A stretch of DNA of 64,000 nt from an uncultured Desulfosarcina sp. (GTDB lineage Bacteria; Desulfobacterota; Desulfobacteria; Desulfobacterales; Desulfosarcinaceae), in contig CAXXWQ010000003.1 in the NCBI GenBank assembly GCA_963674945.2, forward strand, positions 512,001 through 576,000, written 5' to 3'. Positions 9,519-20,194 of this stretch are shown here, in pieces. Every line of letters begins with the position of its first letter. Position 1 is the first letter of the stretch. Both the position numbers and the translations under genes were made by a program. The notes beneath the pieces were generated by a model, which was not told where the DNA came from, ran no database searches, and worked only from the letters and a program-made list of their open reading frames with translations.

Positions 9519-11049
9519 AACAAAAACCGCTCCCATTCTCGTGGTCGGCGCCACCGGATACGTAGGGGGCCGACTGGTCCCCCTGTTGGCGGAAAAGGGC
9601 TACCGGGTAAGGGCCATGGCCCGGTCCAGGGAAAAACTGGAATGTCGACCCTGGGCCCGCCATCCCAATGTGGAAACCGTATCCGGCGATGTGCTGGACA
9701 AAACCTCCTTCGCCCACGCGGCCCAGGGGTGCAGGGCGGCCTTTTACCTGGTTCACTCCATGATTGCCGCGAAAAAGGGCTACGCCCGGGCGGACCGACA
9801 GGGTGCCCTCCACATGGCTGCCGTGGCCGCAGCCGCAGGACTCGAACGAATCATCTATCTGGGAGGGCTGGGTGACAAAGACGATCGGCGCCTCAGCCAC
9901 CACCTGCGTTCCCGTCACGAGGTGGAGGCGGTCCTTTCCGCCGGCCCGGTTCCGGTTACCAATCTTCGGGCCGCCATGATCCTCGGGTCGGGCTCGGCAA
10001 GTTTCGAAATGCTGCGCTACCTGGTGGAACGGCTGCCGGTGATGACACCGCCCCGGTGGGTGAATACCCCCTGCCAACCCATCGCCATCGGTGATGTGCT
10101 GGCCTATCTGGCGGGGGCACTGGAAAACGAGAAAACCGCCGGCGACACCTTCGACATCGGCGGGCCGGACGTGGTCAATTATCGAGACTTGATCCGCATT
10201 TACGCCCAAAAGGCCGGTCTGCGCCCCCGCCTTGTCGTCACCATGCCCTTTCTTACCCCCAATTTGAGTGCCAAATGGATTCACCTGGTAACGCCGGTGC
10301 CCGCCGCCATCGCCCAACCATTGGCCGAGGGCCTGGCCATCCCCGTCGTCTGCCGGGACGATCGCATTCGACGGCTCGTCCCCATCACGCCGACGGGTGT
10401 GGAACAAGCCATCGAAACCGCGCTGGAAAAAGTGCTCACGGATCAGGTGGATTCCTGCTGGTACGATGCCGGACGACTGCTGCCGCCTGCCTGGGCCGCC
10501 TGCGGCGATGCAGACTGGGCCGGCGGAACCCTGATGACATGCGGTTACCGTGTGCAAATCGATGCCCGGCCCCATGAAGTGTGGCGCGTCGTGCGGGCTG
10601 TGGGTGGAACGCATGGGTGGTACTACGGCCAGTCCCTGTGGTGGCTGCGGGGTTTTCTGGACCGCCTGGCCGGTGGGGTGGGACTTCGCAGGGGCAGACG
10701 GCATCCGGAAATGCTCTGGGTGGGTGACGGCCTCGATTTCTGGCGGGTACTGGAGGTGGAAGAGGACCGGAAACTGGTGCTGCTGGCGGAAATGAAGTCG
10801 CCCGGAGAAGCTACCCTTACGTTTGAAATCATCCCCCTTGGGGATACGGCAACCCAATTAACCCTCATGGCCCGTTTCCTTCCACGGGGGCTGGCCGGGA
10901 TTCTGTACTGGTATACGCTCTATCCCTTTCACGAGATCATCTTCTCCGGCATGGCCCGGGTCATGGCCCGGGCCACCGGAAAACAGATCCGCGGAAAACC
11001 CCAACGGTTCACGCCGCGCATCGCCGACAGCTGTTCGTTGCCGGGATGA
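9505..11049 (+). CDS. SDR/NAD(P)-binding oxidoreductase with C-terminal DUF2867 (YbjT-like)
   Basis: GATGYVG Rossmann motif, YLVHSM, GDGLDFWRV, AEMKSPGEA. Confidence 0.88.
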   Translation: MKANETKTAPILVVGATGYVGGRLVPLLAEKGYRVRAMARSREKLECRPWARHPNVETVSGDVLDKTSFAHAAQGCRAAFYLVHSMIAAKKGYARADRQGALHMAAVAAAAGLERIIYLGGLGDKDDRRLSHHLRSRHEVEAVLSAGPVPVTNLRAAMILGSGSASFEMLRYLVERLPVMTPPRWVNTPCQPIAIGDVLAYLAGALENEKTAGDTFDIGGPDVVNYRDLIRIYAQKAGLRPRLVVTMPFLTPNLSAKWIHLVTPVPAAIAQPLAEGLAIPVVCRDDRIRRLVPITPTGVEQAIETALEKVLTDQVDSCWYDAGRLLPPAWAACGDADWAGGTLMTCGYRVQIDARPHEVWRVVRAVGGTHGWYYGQSLWWLRGFLDRLAGGVGLRRGRRHPEMLWVGDGLDFWRVLEVEEDRKLVLLAEMKSPGEATLTFEIIPLGDTATQLTLMARFLPRGLAGILYWYTLYPFHEIIFSGMARVMARATGKQIRGKPQRFTPRIADSCSLPG

Positions 11050-11050
11050 A

Positions 11051-11386
11051 TCAGCAGAAATTGCAGATCATGCTGTCCTGGGGCACATAGGTCTTGTAGG
11101 CGCGATCCGTTGCCCTGGCAATATATCCCGGAACCGCGATACCCGAATCATATTCGGCATAGTTGACGAAGGTTCTCCCGTCGATTCTCACCTTCATTCC
11201 GATCTGGGGGTCTTTCAGGGGAACGATGGCGTTGGTGTTGTGATAGCATTCCTCCAGTCCATGGAGGCCAAGTTCCGTGGCCTTTCTGGAAAGGCTCACT
11301 TCCATGTAATGTCGCCCGCCTTTTTGTATTTTCTCACCGTACTCCGATTCTATATGTGTCAGTAATGCATCGATTATGTTCTTCAT
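11051..11386 (-). CDS. hypothetical protein
   Basis: Clean 111-aa ORF with an AGGAG RBS, last gene of the minus-strand lipid operon. Confidence 0.7.
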   Translation of the reverse strand: MKNIIDALLTHIESEYGEKIQKGGRHYMEVSLSRKATELGLHGLEECYHNTNAIVPLKDPQIGMKVRIDGRTFVNYAEYDSGIAVPGYIARATDRAYKTYVPQDSMICNFC

Positions 11387-11405
11387 TCTGGTTCTCCTTT
11401 TTGTC

Positions 11406-11840
11406 TCATGTAACGATCCCTGCCTTGAACAGCAGCTTGATCAAGGCCATTGTGACGACAGCGGTTCCGCCGGTCAGCACGGTTCCCCAACCGATGTCCA
11501 CCACCGTCACGAAAAGCGGCCAGGATTTGAGGAGCGCCAGGCAAGTCAAATCGAAGGTGCAGTAGGCGAAAAAGCCCAACAACGCCCCCATCAAGGCAAC
11601 CTGCATGCCGCTCCAGCCGTGTTGCAGCCCCGGTATGAGAACGAACATTTGAATGCCGGCAATATAGACCAGGTAGAAGAGAATGGCCGCCGGCCAGTTT
11701 ACCTGTTCGCGCAGCAGGTGTCCCAGGTGCCTGGCGTAAAACCCCTTGGCAACGACGCCCAGCCAGATGAGATCGATGGCAAAGAAGACCACAACCGTTA
11801 TCGCGTACAACAATGAAAAATTGACCAGGGTTGCCTTCAT
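11406..11840 (-). CDS. DUF2177 family membrane protein
   Basis: IDLIWLG..AKGFY, AAILFY, AYCTFDLT, VDIGWG. Confidence 0.85.
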   Translation of the reverse strand: MKATLVNFSLLYAITVVVFFAIDLIWLGVVAKGFYARHLGHLLREQVNWPAAILFYLVYIAGIQMFVLIPGLQHGWSGMQVALMGALLGFFAYCTFDLTCLALLKSWPLFVTVVDIGWGTVLTGGTAVVTMALIKLLFKAGIVT

Positions 11841-11947
11841 TTTGCGTTCTCCCTCGCCGGCCTTCTTCTTTTGCTGGCCGAATTGACTTATCTTACAACG
11901 CCAACCAGCGCAGCGTTCCTCTCCACGACGGGGCTTTCCATATGGTT

Positions 11948-13951
11948 TTACGGATCGGTATCACCACGAGTCTGAAATGCCTCGTTTCCCTCCCGCGTCA
12001 GTACCAATTGCAGATCTCCGATTGCCCGTTCCCGAAATGCCGCTTCGCAACTGCCGAAATAGTAGGCCCACTTTCGCTGGAATGTGCGATCGAAACCCAG
12101 TCGCCCCACGCGATCCAGATTTTCACGGAATCGTTTGTGCCAGCGGGAAAGGGTTGTGGCGTAATGGCTGCCGATATTCTCCACGTGGTCGACCATGAGA
12201 CGGCTGCTGCGGGTCATGGCCCGGGTCAATACCGTCAACGAGGGGAGCAGGCCACCGGGGAAGATGTGCTTTTGGATCCAATCGTGGGATCTGCGATATT
12301 GTTCGTAACGTTGATCGGCGACGGTAATGGTCTGCATGACGGCGATGCCGCCGGGGGCAAGAAGGCGGTCAAGCTGCTTAAAAAACACGCCGTAGTAATT
12401 GTGTCCCACAGCCTCCAGCATCTCGATGGAGATGATCTTGTCAAAACGACCGCGCATCTTTCGATAGTCGCAGAACCGGATCTCGATGCGGTCTTCCAAT
12501 CCGGCGCGCCGAACCCGTTCTTTTGCGAATTCGTATTGTTCTTTGGAGATGGTAATGCCGGTGACCCGGCATCCGGTTCGCCGCACCGCTTCCATGGCAA
12601 AACCGCCCCAACCGCAGCCGATTTCCAGCACATGGTCCTTTTCCGTAAGTCGCGCCTTTTCCATGATCGTGTGAAACTTTCTTCGTTGGGCGACCTCCAG
12701 CGGCGCGTTCGGGTCATCGAAAACGGCGCATGAATAGGCCATGGTGTCATCCAGGAAGGTCTGGAAGAAATCGTTGGACAGGTCGTAATGGTCGCCGATG
12801 TTGCGGCGACTCCCGGAAAGGGTGTTGGCGCGGCGCAAAAAGCTGATATATTCAAGAACCCGGTTCAACAGACCCGCCTTGAAATCTCCCTCCTGAAGAG
12901 ATCTTCGGTTGCGGATAAAAAAACCGACGACGCCGGCAATGTCGTCGGTGTCCCACTCATCGAACATGAAACCCTCTCCCAACCCAATATCCGAACCCAG
13001 AACCACCCTCGAGAAAAAACGATGGTCGTTGACCTTCATGCGGACCGGATCGCTTGCGTCTCGTCCACCGAAGTCGTGCACCGTTTTGTCAGGCATGGTC
13101 AATTGCAGACGCCCCTTCTCCGCCCTGGCCAGGTGGTTTATCACCAGCCGGGAACAGTAGCGCTGAAACAAGGAGGGGGCCGGCCGTCGGACGGTCATGG
13201 CGCTTTGGGGAACGGGTTTGGAGAAAAAGTCGAGTCCGCGGGAAAAACGCAGCTTGAACGCCTCCCGATAGATCCGGGGTATGGTCATATGGGGGCGAAC
13301 AGGATGGCGAAGAAGTGTCTTCACTTGGTTGTACAGGGTCAGGGGCCTGCCGGTACCCGTGAGGCGGGCACGCAGCACATGTTCTCCCTTGCGGTGCAGA
13401 TCGATCCGAATATCCAGTTCCCGACGAATGTCGGCGAAAGTGAAGTGATAGGTTCCGTCCATGTCGTTGAAAGGAGATACATGGAAGGCCTTTTGCACCT
13501 GAAAGCGGGCTGGGAATTGGCCGTTGGCCGGCTCGGATGAGAAGAGCGGGTAGATGTGTTTTTCCCCGAAGGTATTGTTGACCTCGGTGATGACGGCCAT
13601 GAGCCGATCGCCCATTGAGAAGCAATAGTAAAAACTCACCGGATTAAAGACATAGCCCATGTGTCTGGGCGACGTGACCATGATGACCCGGCCGATTTCT
13701 TTCCGTGGGATCCGAGGAGAGAGATATGTGAGAACTTTTTCCCGTATACCATTCGTGTTCTCATCCAGATGGTCTGCATCGTACAAGGCCACCGGACGCG
13801 GGCGGTTGTACCCGAAGAGGAGCGACCGCCGGTTCAGTTCGCCGAGATCGTCCAGATCCAGTGCATACACGTGGTGACGGTAGATCAAGCGATGTCGATT
13901 GGGAACATATCGTTCATGCTCTACAAATCCTTCGTAGATATCAGAATTCAT
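11948..13951 (-). CDS. DUF1365 fused to cyclopropane-fatty-acyl-phospholipid synthase-like methyltransferase
   Basis: N-half HER, FNPVSFYY, EVNNTFGE, FHVSPF (DUF1365); C-half HYDLSN, LEIGCGWG, IEMLEAVG, IFPGG (Cfa). ATG 13951 follows a GGAGG RBS. Confidence 0.9.
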   Translation of the reverse strand: MNSDIYEGFVEHERYVPNRHRLIYRHHVYALDLDDLGELNRRSLLFGYNRPRPVALYDADHLDENTNGIREKVLTYLSPRIPRKEIGRVIMVTSPRHMGYVFNPVSFYYCFSMGDRLMAVITEVNNTFGEKHIYPLFSSEPANGQFPARFQVQKAFHVSPFNDMDGTYHFTFADIRRELDIRIDLHRKGEHVLRARLTGTGRPLTLYNQVKTLLRHPVRPHMTIPRIYREAFKLRFSRGLDFFSKPVPQSAMTVRRPAPSLFQRYCSRLVINHLARAEKGRLQLTMPDKTVHDFGGRDASDPVRMKVNDHRFFSRVVLGSDIGLGEGFMFDEWDTDDIAGVVGFFIRNRRSLQEGDFKAGLLNRVLEYISFLRRANTLSGSRRNIGDHYDLSNDFFQTFLDDTMAYSCAVFDDPNAPLEVAQRRKFHTIMEKARLTEKDHVLEIGCGWGGFAMEAVRRTGCRVTGITISKEQYEFAKERVRRAGLEDRIEIRFCDYRKMRGRFDKIISIEMLEAVGHNYYGVFFKQLDRLLAPGGIAVMQTITVADQRYEQYRRSHDWIQKHIFPGGLLPSLTVLTRAMTRSSRLMVDHVENIGSHYATTLSRWHKRFRENLDRVGRLGFDRTFQRKWAYYFGSCEAAFRERAIGDLQLVLTREGNEAFQTRGDTDP

Positions 13952-15236
13952 GAGTTCCTCCCAGTGCGGCCGCCACCTGGAAACCGGAACGGGCGGCATC
14001 TTCGTGAAACCCGTAACCGAAATAGCTGCCGCAAAACCAGGTGTTGGCAGCGCCGTTGAGACGGGAAAGCGCGGCTTGGGTGTCAAGGCTTTCGAAACTG
14101 TACACGGGATGGGTATAGGTCATGTGCGCGATGACCTTTTCATCGTTCATCGGCGCGAAAGGGTTCAACGTAACCAGATAGGGATTTCGGGTCTCGAGCC
14201 GTTGGAGGCGGTTCATGTGATAGGTCAAGGTAATCGGCGATGTCGCGTCAAAGGTCCGTTTTCGGATGAAATTCCATGAAGCCCAGGCCATGGAGTTGGT
14301 GGGCATCCAGGTGAGATCCGTATGCAGGTAAGTCTCGTTGACACTGTATTGCCAAGCCCCCAGGAGCCGGCGTTCCGCATCACTGGGGTCGGCCAGCAGT
14401 TCCAGGGCTTCATCGGCATGGGTGGCGATGATGACCCGGTCGAATGGACGGGCGGTGCCGTCGGCATGGGTCAGGGCCACCCCATGGTCTGTTCGGCGAA
14501 TGGACACCACGGGAACGCCGGTGTGAATCTCTCCCGGGAATTGCTCCAGAAAACGTTTTACGTATGTGTGGCTCCCGCCGGCGACGTAGTACCATTGGGG
14601 GTGCCCGAAAACGGTCAAGAGTCCATGGTTGTGAAAAAACCGGGCGAAGGTGAGCATGGGAAACCGGTCTACGACCAGGTCCGGTGCCGACCAGATGGCC
14701 GCCACCATGGGGTAGAGGTATTGCCGTCGAAATCGCGTGGAGAACCGGAAACGCCGTAAAAAGTCACCGAGAGTGAGAGATGTAAGCCGGTTGGCCTGCA
14801 AAGAGCGACGAACCAATCCATTGAACCGCAAAATCTCGACCAGCATCCACCAATAGGTGGGCGACAGCAGGTTGCCACGTTGGGCAAACAGCGTGTTGAT
14901 GTCACAGCTGGCGTATTGAAACCCGCTTTTTTCGTCGAAGTAGGAAAATGACATGTCGCTTTTTTCGATGGCGACACCGAGTTTGGAAAAAAACCGGTTA
15001 AGAATCGGATAGGTTCGATCGTTGAAAACGATAAAACCGGTGTCCACCGGCGTACCGGCATCCGGGCCATTGGGAATGGTGATGGTGTGGGTGTGGCCGC
15101 CAACATAGTCGTTTTTTTCGAACAGGGTGATGCGGTGGACGTCCTGGAGGGAGTAGGCGGCAGCAATACCGGCTACACCGCCGCCGACGATGGCGATTCG
15201 CAATGTCTTAGTTTCATTCATCGGTTTCTCCGTCAT
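13941..15236 (-). CDS. FAD-dependent oxidoreductase (amine-oxidase-like, UfaD/RSP1091-type)
   Basis: GGGVAG, GGHTHT, VDTGFIVFN.RTYP, AWASWN, GYGFHED. Confidence 0.9.
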   Translation of the reverse strand: MTEKPMNETKTLRIAIVGGGVAGIAAAYSLQDVHRITLFEKNDYVGGHTHTITIPNGPDAGTPVDTGFIVFNDRTYPILNRFFSKLGVAIEKSDMSFSYFDEKSGFQYASCDINTLFAQRGNLLSPTYWWMLVEILRFNGLVRRSLQANRLTSLTLGDFLRRFRFSTRFRRQYLYPMVAAIWSAPDLVVDRFPMLTFARFFHNHGLLTVFGHPQWYYVAGGSHTYVKRFLEQFPGEIHTGVPVVSIRRTDHGVALTHADGTARPFDRVIIATHADEALELLADPSDAERRLLGAWQYSVNETYLHTDLTWMPTNSMAWASWNFIRKRTFDATSPITLTYHMNRLQRLETRNPYLVTLNPFAPMNDEKVIAHMTYTHPVYSFESLDTQAALSRLNGAANTWFCGSYFGYGFHEDAARSGFQVAAALGGTHEF

Positions 15237-15560
15237 CACGCTTACCTCCAGCAAATGAAAGTTAGGATATACGCACAAGAGACTGCGGGAAACGCTAACT
15301 AGCTGTTCTGCAAAAGTTTATCAGGATCTCGATATCTTCAATACCAATGGGTTGACCGTTTAGTGATAGGACAAACCTATCAAAACGGGGGGTCTCTGCC
15401 CATGGATGCATCAAAAAATGGCGGGGTGAGAATCGAAATTTATCGTACCATTCTCCGCTGTTGGGTTCAACCTACCAATGGCCACCCAATCCAGTAATAT
15501 TGAAATATGCTGATGAAAGGCCAAAATTAAGCGCATGACCAATTCAAACGGGAGGGCATC

Positions 15561-16157
15561 ATGCGTCAACTATCGGCTCAAATTCAAGCGGGAATTCAAG
15601 TTGCGCTTTTCGCATCCGCATTGATGGCGATGCAAAGCGTTGAACCTGCCTCGGCCAATCCGATCGAGGGTGTCCGGTTTCCCAAGGCCTATGGCGTCGG
15701 CGACGGCGCACTGGAAATCAAAGGCACGGGCGTCTTGCGTTACCTGGGCTTTATTAAGGTGTATGCCGGTGCACTCTATGCGCTGCCGAATGTGTCACCC
15801 AAATCGATTCTGGATGACACCCCGAAACGACTGGAAGTAAAATACTTTCATTCGATCAAGGGGGAAGACTTCGGACCGGCCACCTACAAGGGGTTGTCCC
15901 GGAATCTGACCGACGAGGAGATCGAAACATTACGCGAGCGCATCGAATATCACAACAGCCTCTATGTGGATGTAAAACCTGGTGATCGCTGCGCACTGAC
16001 CTATGAACCGGGAAAAGGGACAATTCTTTCACTCAATGGAAAGACGTTGGGGGTGATCGAGGGACCTGATTTTGCGGCTGCCATCTTTTCCATGTGGCTG
16101 GGAGAAAATCCTTTCGACAGGCGTTTTCGGGATGATCTTCTGGGGATCGATGGGTGA
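15561..16157 (+). CDS. chalcone isomerase-like exported protein
   Basis: Signal peptide, GTGVLRY...KVYAGALY, FAAAIFSMWLG. Confidence 0.85.
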   Translation: MRQLSAQIQAGIQVALFASALMAMQSVEPASANPIEGVRFPKAYGVGDGALEIKGTGVLRYLGFIKVYAGALYALPNVSPKSILDDTPKRLEVKYFHSIKGEDFGPATYKGLSRNLTDEEIETLRERIEYHNSLYVDVKPGDRCALTYEPGKGTILSLNGKTLGVIEGPDFAAAIFSMWLGENPFDRRFRDDLLGIDG

Positions 16158-17554
16158 TTCAAATGACCAGGCCGGATCTCAAGACAAAACTTTCCTACAG
16201 CCTGCCGGCATTTGCGTTGGCTGTCATCGGCATTCCGGTATATGTCTATATTCCCAAGTTCTATACCGACGTCGTTGGCATCGATATCGCCATCGCCGGA
16301 TTTCTTCTCTTTGGTGTCCGGCTTTTCGATGCCGTCACCGATCCCATCGTCGGGACCTGGTCTGACCGGACGCGAACCCGCTTCGGCCGCCGCACGCCTT
16401 TTCTGGTGATCGGTTCCCCATTGCTTGCCGCGGCACTGATCCTTCTCTTCAATCCGCCGGATTTCTCTCCAACCATGGGTACGATCTGGTTTGGACTGTG
16501 GATCTACCTTCTCTTTTTCTTCTGGACTCTGGTTACGGTTCCCTATGAGGCATTGGGACCGGAAATTACCTTCGACTACGATGCACGGACCGACCTCTTT
16601 GCCTGGCGGGATGGTTTTCTCATCGCCGGCACCCTGATGGCCGCCGCCTCACCGGCGCTTGTCCAATCTGTTTTTGAAACCGGCACGGGTCCATCCGGTG
16701 AACGAATGCAGTTGTTCTGGATCTCAATTTTCTATGGACCGCTGGTAGTACTATTGTGCTGGACATGTGCTAAAATAGTAAAAGAGAAAATGGTTCTGCC
16801 CCCGGGCGTTTCGACGGCAAGCCGGCGTGAATACCGTACGATATTCCGGAACCGACCATTCATGATCCTTCTTGGTGCCTATACGATCAGTGCCATCGGA
16901 AGTAATTTACCGGCAACATTGATCCTCTACTACGTCGAATATGTACTCGGTTCCCATCGCGCAGACCAGTTCCTTCTTCTCTACTTTATCGCCGGCATCA
17001 TTTTTCTTCCCATCTGGGTCGGCCTTTCCCGCCGGTTCGGAAAAAAACAGACCTGGATCGGTGCCATGCTGGTAAATACCGGCGCCTTTGCGGCGGTCTT
17101 TTTTCTGGGACCGGGCGATGAGCTCCTTTACGGCCTGCTCGTCTGCCTGTCCGGCATGGGTTTTGGAGCCACGTTGGCCCTGCCCTCCGCCATTCAGGCG
17201 GACGTGATCGATTACGACGAATTGAAGACGGGAGAGCGCAGAGAAGGACAATACATCGGTCTTTGGTCCGTTTCCAAAAAACTGGCGGCGGCCACGGGGG
17301 TCGGCGTCGGCCTGTCGGTATTGGGCAGCGTGGGATACGTTCCCAATGCTGCACAGTCCGAAACCGTAATTCTTGCCCTGCGAATCCTTTATGCCCTCGT
17401 ACCCTCCGTGTGCAACCTGCTGGCGATCACCATCGTCCTCGCCTACCCGATCGATGGCAAGATACACCGGTGTATTCGAGGAGCCATCCGCCGGCAAAGA
17501 GAGGAACGAACATCGGTACAACCAATGACCACGTCCCAATCATGTGGTCTGTGA
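16154..17554 (+). CDS. MFS transporter, GPH/MelB-like
   Basis: FDAVTDPIVG.WSDRTRTRFGRR, ADVIDYDE..TGERREG; about 12 TM segments. Confidence 0.9.
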   Translation: MIQMTRPDLKTKLSYSLPAFALAVIGIPVYVYIPKFYTDVVGIDIAIAGFLLFGVRLFDAVTDPIVGTWSDRTRTRFGRRTPFLVIGSPLLAAALILLFNPPDFSPTMGTIWFGLWIYLLFFFWTLVTVPYEALGPEITFDYDARTDLFAWRDGFLIAGTLMAAASPALVQSVFETGTGPSGERMQLFWISIFYGPLVVLLCWTCAKIVKEKMVLPPGVSTASRREYRTIFRNRPFMILLGAYTISAIGSNLPATLILYYVEYVLGSHRADQFLLLYFIAGIIFLPIWVGLSRRFGKKQTWIGAMLVNTGAFAAVFFLGPGDELLYGLLVCLSGMGFGATLALPSAIQADVIDYDELKTGERREGQYIGLWSVSKKLAAATGVGVGLSVLGSVGYVPNAAQSETVILALRILYALVPSVCNLLAITIVLAYPIDGKIHRCIRGAIRRQREERTSVQPMTTSQSCGL

Positions 17555-17573
17555 AACAAAATGGGAGGACGGG

Positions 17574-18383
17574 ATGGAACCATTTTTCGCCATTCACATT
17601 GTCAACCTAATCCTTGTATTTATCTTGATGACCGCAGGCTGGGTTTGGAGTATGGCACGAAAAAACGTCACCATCGTCGATAGCCTGTGGGGGATTGGTT
17701 TCGTGATGATCGCATGGAACACGTTCGTCATGGGAGACGGCGATTACGGCCGGAACCTGCTGGTATCTCTTTTGGCCACAGCCTGGGGAATGCGCCTTTC
17801 CGGCCACCTGACGTGGCGCAATTGGGGGAAACCGGAAGACCACCGATACGGCAGTTGGAGAGAAAAATCCGGTTCATCCTTCTGGTGGGTCAGCCTGTTC
17901 AAGGTGTTTTGGCTCCAGGCCCTCTTTTTGTGGGTGATCTCGCTGGTCCTTCAAAAGGCCCAACTGTCGCAGACGCCAACCCGATTGACGGTTCTGGATT
18001 TTTCCGGCACCCTCGTGTGGATCATGGGCTTTTGTTTCGAGGCAGCCGGCGATTGGCAACTGGCCCGGTTCAGATCCGACCCCAAGAATCGGGGACAGGT
18101 CATGGATCGGGGACTCTGGGCATTCAGCCGTCATCCCAACTACTTCGGCGAGTTTTTGATCTGGTGGGGATTTTTCCTTGTCGCCCTTGCCACCCCCGAC
18201 TCCTTTTGGACCATCATCTGCCCCGTGCTCGTCACCCTTGTACTCTTGAAAATGACCGGCATTCCCATCACCGAGAAAGCCCTGCAATTCAGGCGTCCTG
18301 GATACAGCGAATACATTCGAAGGACCAGTCCATTCTTTCCACGACCACCGAAACCCGGAACCGAAAGGGAGAAATCAAAATGA
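17574..18383 (+). CDS. DUF1295 (steroid 5-alpha-reductase-like) membrane protein
   Basis: [35 protein letters not shown]. Confidence 0.88.
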   Translation: MEPFFAIHIVNLILVFILMTAGWVWSMARKNVTIVDSLWGIGFVMIAWNTFVMGDGDYGRNLLVSLLATAWGMRLSGHLTWRNWGKPEDHRYGSWREKSGSSFWWVSLFKVFWLQALFLWVISLVLQKAQLSQTPTRLTVLDFSGTLVWIMGFCFEAAGDWQLARFRSDPKNRGQVMDRGLWAFSRHPNYFGEFLIWWGFFLVALATPDSFWTIICPVLVTLVLLKMTGIPITEKALQFRRPGYSEYIRRTSPFFPRPPKPGTEREKSK

Positions 18384-19417
18384 AGATACTCACGGACATG
18401 GCCGAACGGTCATGGATGCCAGATCCGGTGATTCGCCTCGGCATCCGCAGATTGAACCGCATGCGCATCGCGCAGGAAACATCTCGCCATGGTGTCGACC
18501 GCAAAGCCGTCATCGCAGCCTTTGCCCAAGAGATGAAAAACGCCCCCATCGCTTTCTCCCCGGACATGGCCAACGACCAGCACTACGAACTACCGGCGGC
18601 ATTCTTCCAGCAGGTGCTAGGCAAAAACCGCAAGTACAGCTGCGCCCTCTGGAAAAGTGGAGTAGGTTCACTGGATCGCGCGGAGGAGGATATGTTGGCG
18701 TTGACCGTTGATCGGGCACAGCTCGCCGACGGTATGGATATCCTGGAGCTGGGATGCGGCTGGGGGTCGTTGACCCTCTGGATGGCCGACCGCTTTCCCA
18801 ACAGTCATATCACGGCGGTTTCCAATTCCCATTCCCAGCGCCGTTTCATCGAAACCTGCTACCGCGCGCGTGGGCTGAAAAACGTACAGGTGATCACGGC
18901 CGACATGAACGAGTTTTCAATCGACCGACGTTTCGACCGTATCGTCTCCGTTGAGATGTTCGAGCACATGCGCAACTGGTCGGTCCTGCTGGGCAACATC
19001 AGCCGGTGGCTAACGGACTCTGGCCGGGCGTTCCTTCACATCTTCACCCACAGCCGTTTCGCTTATCCTTTTGAAATCGAAGGCGGTGACAACTGGATGG
19101 GCCGGCACTTTTTCACCGGTGGAATCATGCCCGCCGACGATCTGATTTTCAATTTTCAGGAGGACCTTCGTGTGGAAAAACACTGGCGAATAAACGGCAT
19201 CCATTACCAGAAGACCGCCGAGGCGTGGCTTACCAACATGGATCGCCGCAAAGACTCGATTCTACCCATTCTGGCCGAGACTTACGGAACCGGCGCGGCG
19301 AAAGTGTGGTTCCAGCGCTGGAGAATTTTTTTCATGGCTTGCGCCGAAGTGTGGGGACATCAAGGCGGCAATGAGTGGATCGTCTCCCACTACCGGCTAA
19401 GAAAAAATAGGGGTTGA
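18380..19417 (+). CDS. SAM-dependent methyltransferase, Cfa/coclaurine N-methyltransferase-like
   Basis: [43 protein letters not shown] overlap with the DUF1295 stop. Confidence 0.9.
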   Translation: MKILTDMAERSWMPDPVIRLGIRRLNRMRIAQETSRHGVDRKAVIAAFAQEMKNAPIAFSPDMANDQHYELPAAFFQQVLGKNRKYSCALWKSGVGSLDRAEEDMLALTVDRAQLADGMDILELGCGWGSLTLWMADRFPNSHITAVSNSHSQRRFIETCYRARGLKNVQVITADMNEFSIDRRFDRIVSVEMFEHMRNWSVLLGNISRWLTDSGRAFLHIFTHSRFAYPFEIEGGDNWMGRHFFTGGIMPADDLIFNFQEDLRVEKHWRINGIHYQKTAEAWLTNMDRRKDSILPILAETYGTGAAKVWFQRWRIFFMACAEVWGHQGGNEWIVSHYRLRKNRG

Positions 19418-20194
19418 ACCTGAGCTGCGCTCTTTCTTTTCGACTTCACCAACAATGAAAACCATTTGTTGCGGTTTTACATACTTGTCAAACCATTTCA
19501 TGGAGTAGGACTTATCTCCTTTAAAGTGCAAAATGCGGGTGGTGGGCAGGGGTGTTTCAGGGAAATAGTAAAAATTATACTCATCCGTTGTCAATACGAG
19601 TACATTTACATCGTGGGCATTGTAAATTCTTCCCGTCATCGAAAAGTCCACATATGGCAAGAGAAGGCTGTTGAGCGCTTCCTGATCCGTAACCGTTGTC
19701 GTCATCGGTATTTTGTGGATCCATTTTTCCAGAAACAAACGCAACCCGGGTGAATTTTTGAAGAGCAATACTCCGGCGTTGACATAGCAATCATACATGG
19801 GCGGCCATGTGATGGAGATTCCTTCACCGGATCGGCGCATGGTGACGGCCATATCGAAATCCATATCAAACACATCGTCTAACGGTTGAATGCAAAAGGC
19901 ATCTCCGTCTATCCAGGCAAAATGGCAAGTGTCGCCGATATGGCGTTGCATGGCATCCAGGATGATACGGGGCTTGAAGGTGGACTTTGATATCGGAGGC
20001 CCTGTGAACATGATGGAAGGGCTGGCCACCATCGCAAGGTCCGATGAGATATCGAACGGCTTACCGATTCCCAGCCCACCGATGTCATAGACCAAGGTAT
20101 CATGGCCGCAACAGGAATTCATTTGCACGGCGCCTTCGATCATTTGCCTGTAGCTGGCGTCACCGGCGGTGATGATTTTTATTGTTGATCCCAT
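19397..20194 (-). CDS. putative GT-A fold glycosyltransferase (nucleotide-diphospho-sugar transferase-like)
   Basis: KPRII, WIDGDA (DxD), VNAGVL, DQEALN, LHFKG. Confidence 0.72.
   Translation of the reverse strand: MGSTIKIITAGDASYRQMIEGAVQMNSCCGHDTLVYDIGGLGIGKPFDISSDLAMVASPSIMFTGPPISKSTFKPRIILDAMQRHIGDTCHFAWIDGDAFCIQPLDDVFDMDFDMAVTMRRSGEGISITWPPMYDCYVNAGVLLFKNSPGLRLFLEKWIHKIPMTTTVTDQEALNSLLLPYVDFSMTGRIYNAHDVNVLVLTTDEYNFYYFPETPLPTTRILHFKGDKSYSMKWFDKYVKPQQMVFIVGEVEKKERSSGSTPIFS

Noticed and set aside
9484..10857. Long antisense ORFs (also 25349-26527, 35909-37204, 51579-52658, 56050-56988)
   Set aside because: They lie opposite well-supported genes and show no recognisable motifs.
17687..18379. 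576-aa ORF suggesting a long methyltransferase
   Set aside because: The extension overlaps DUF1295 in another frame; the likely start is ATG 18380.
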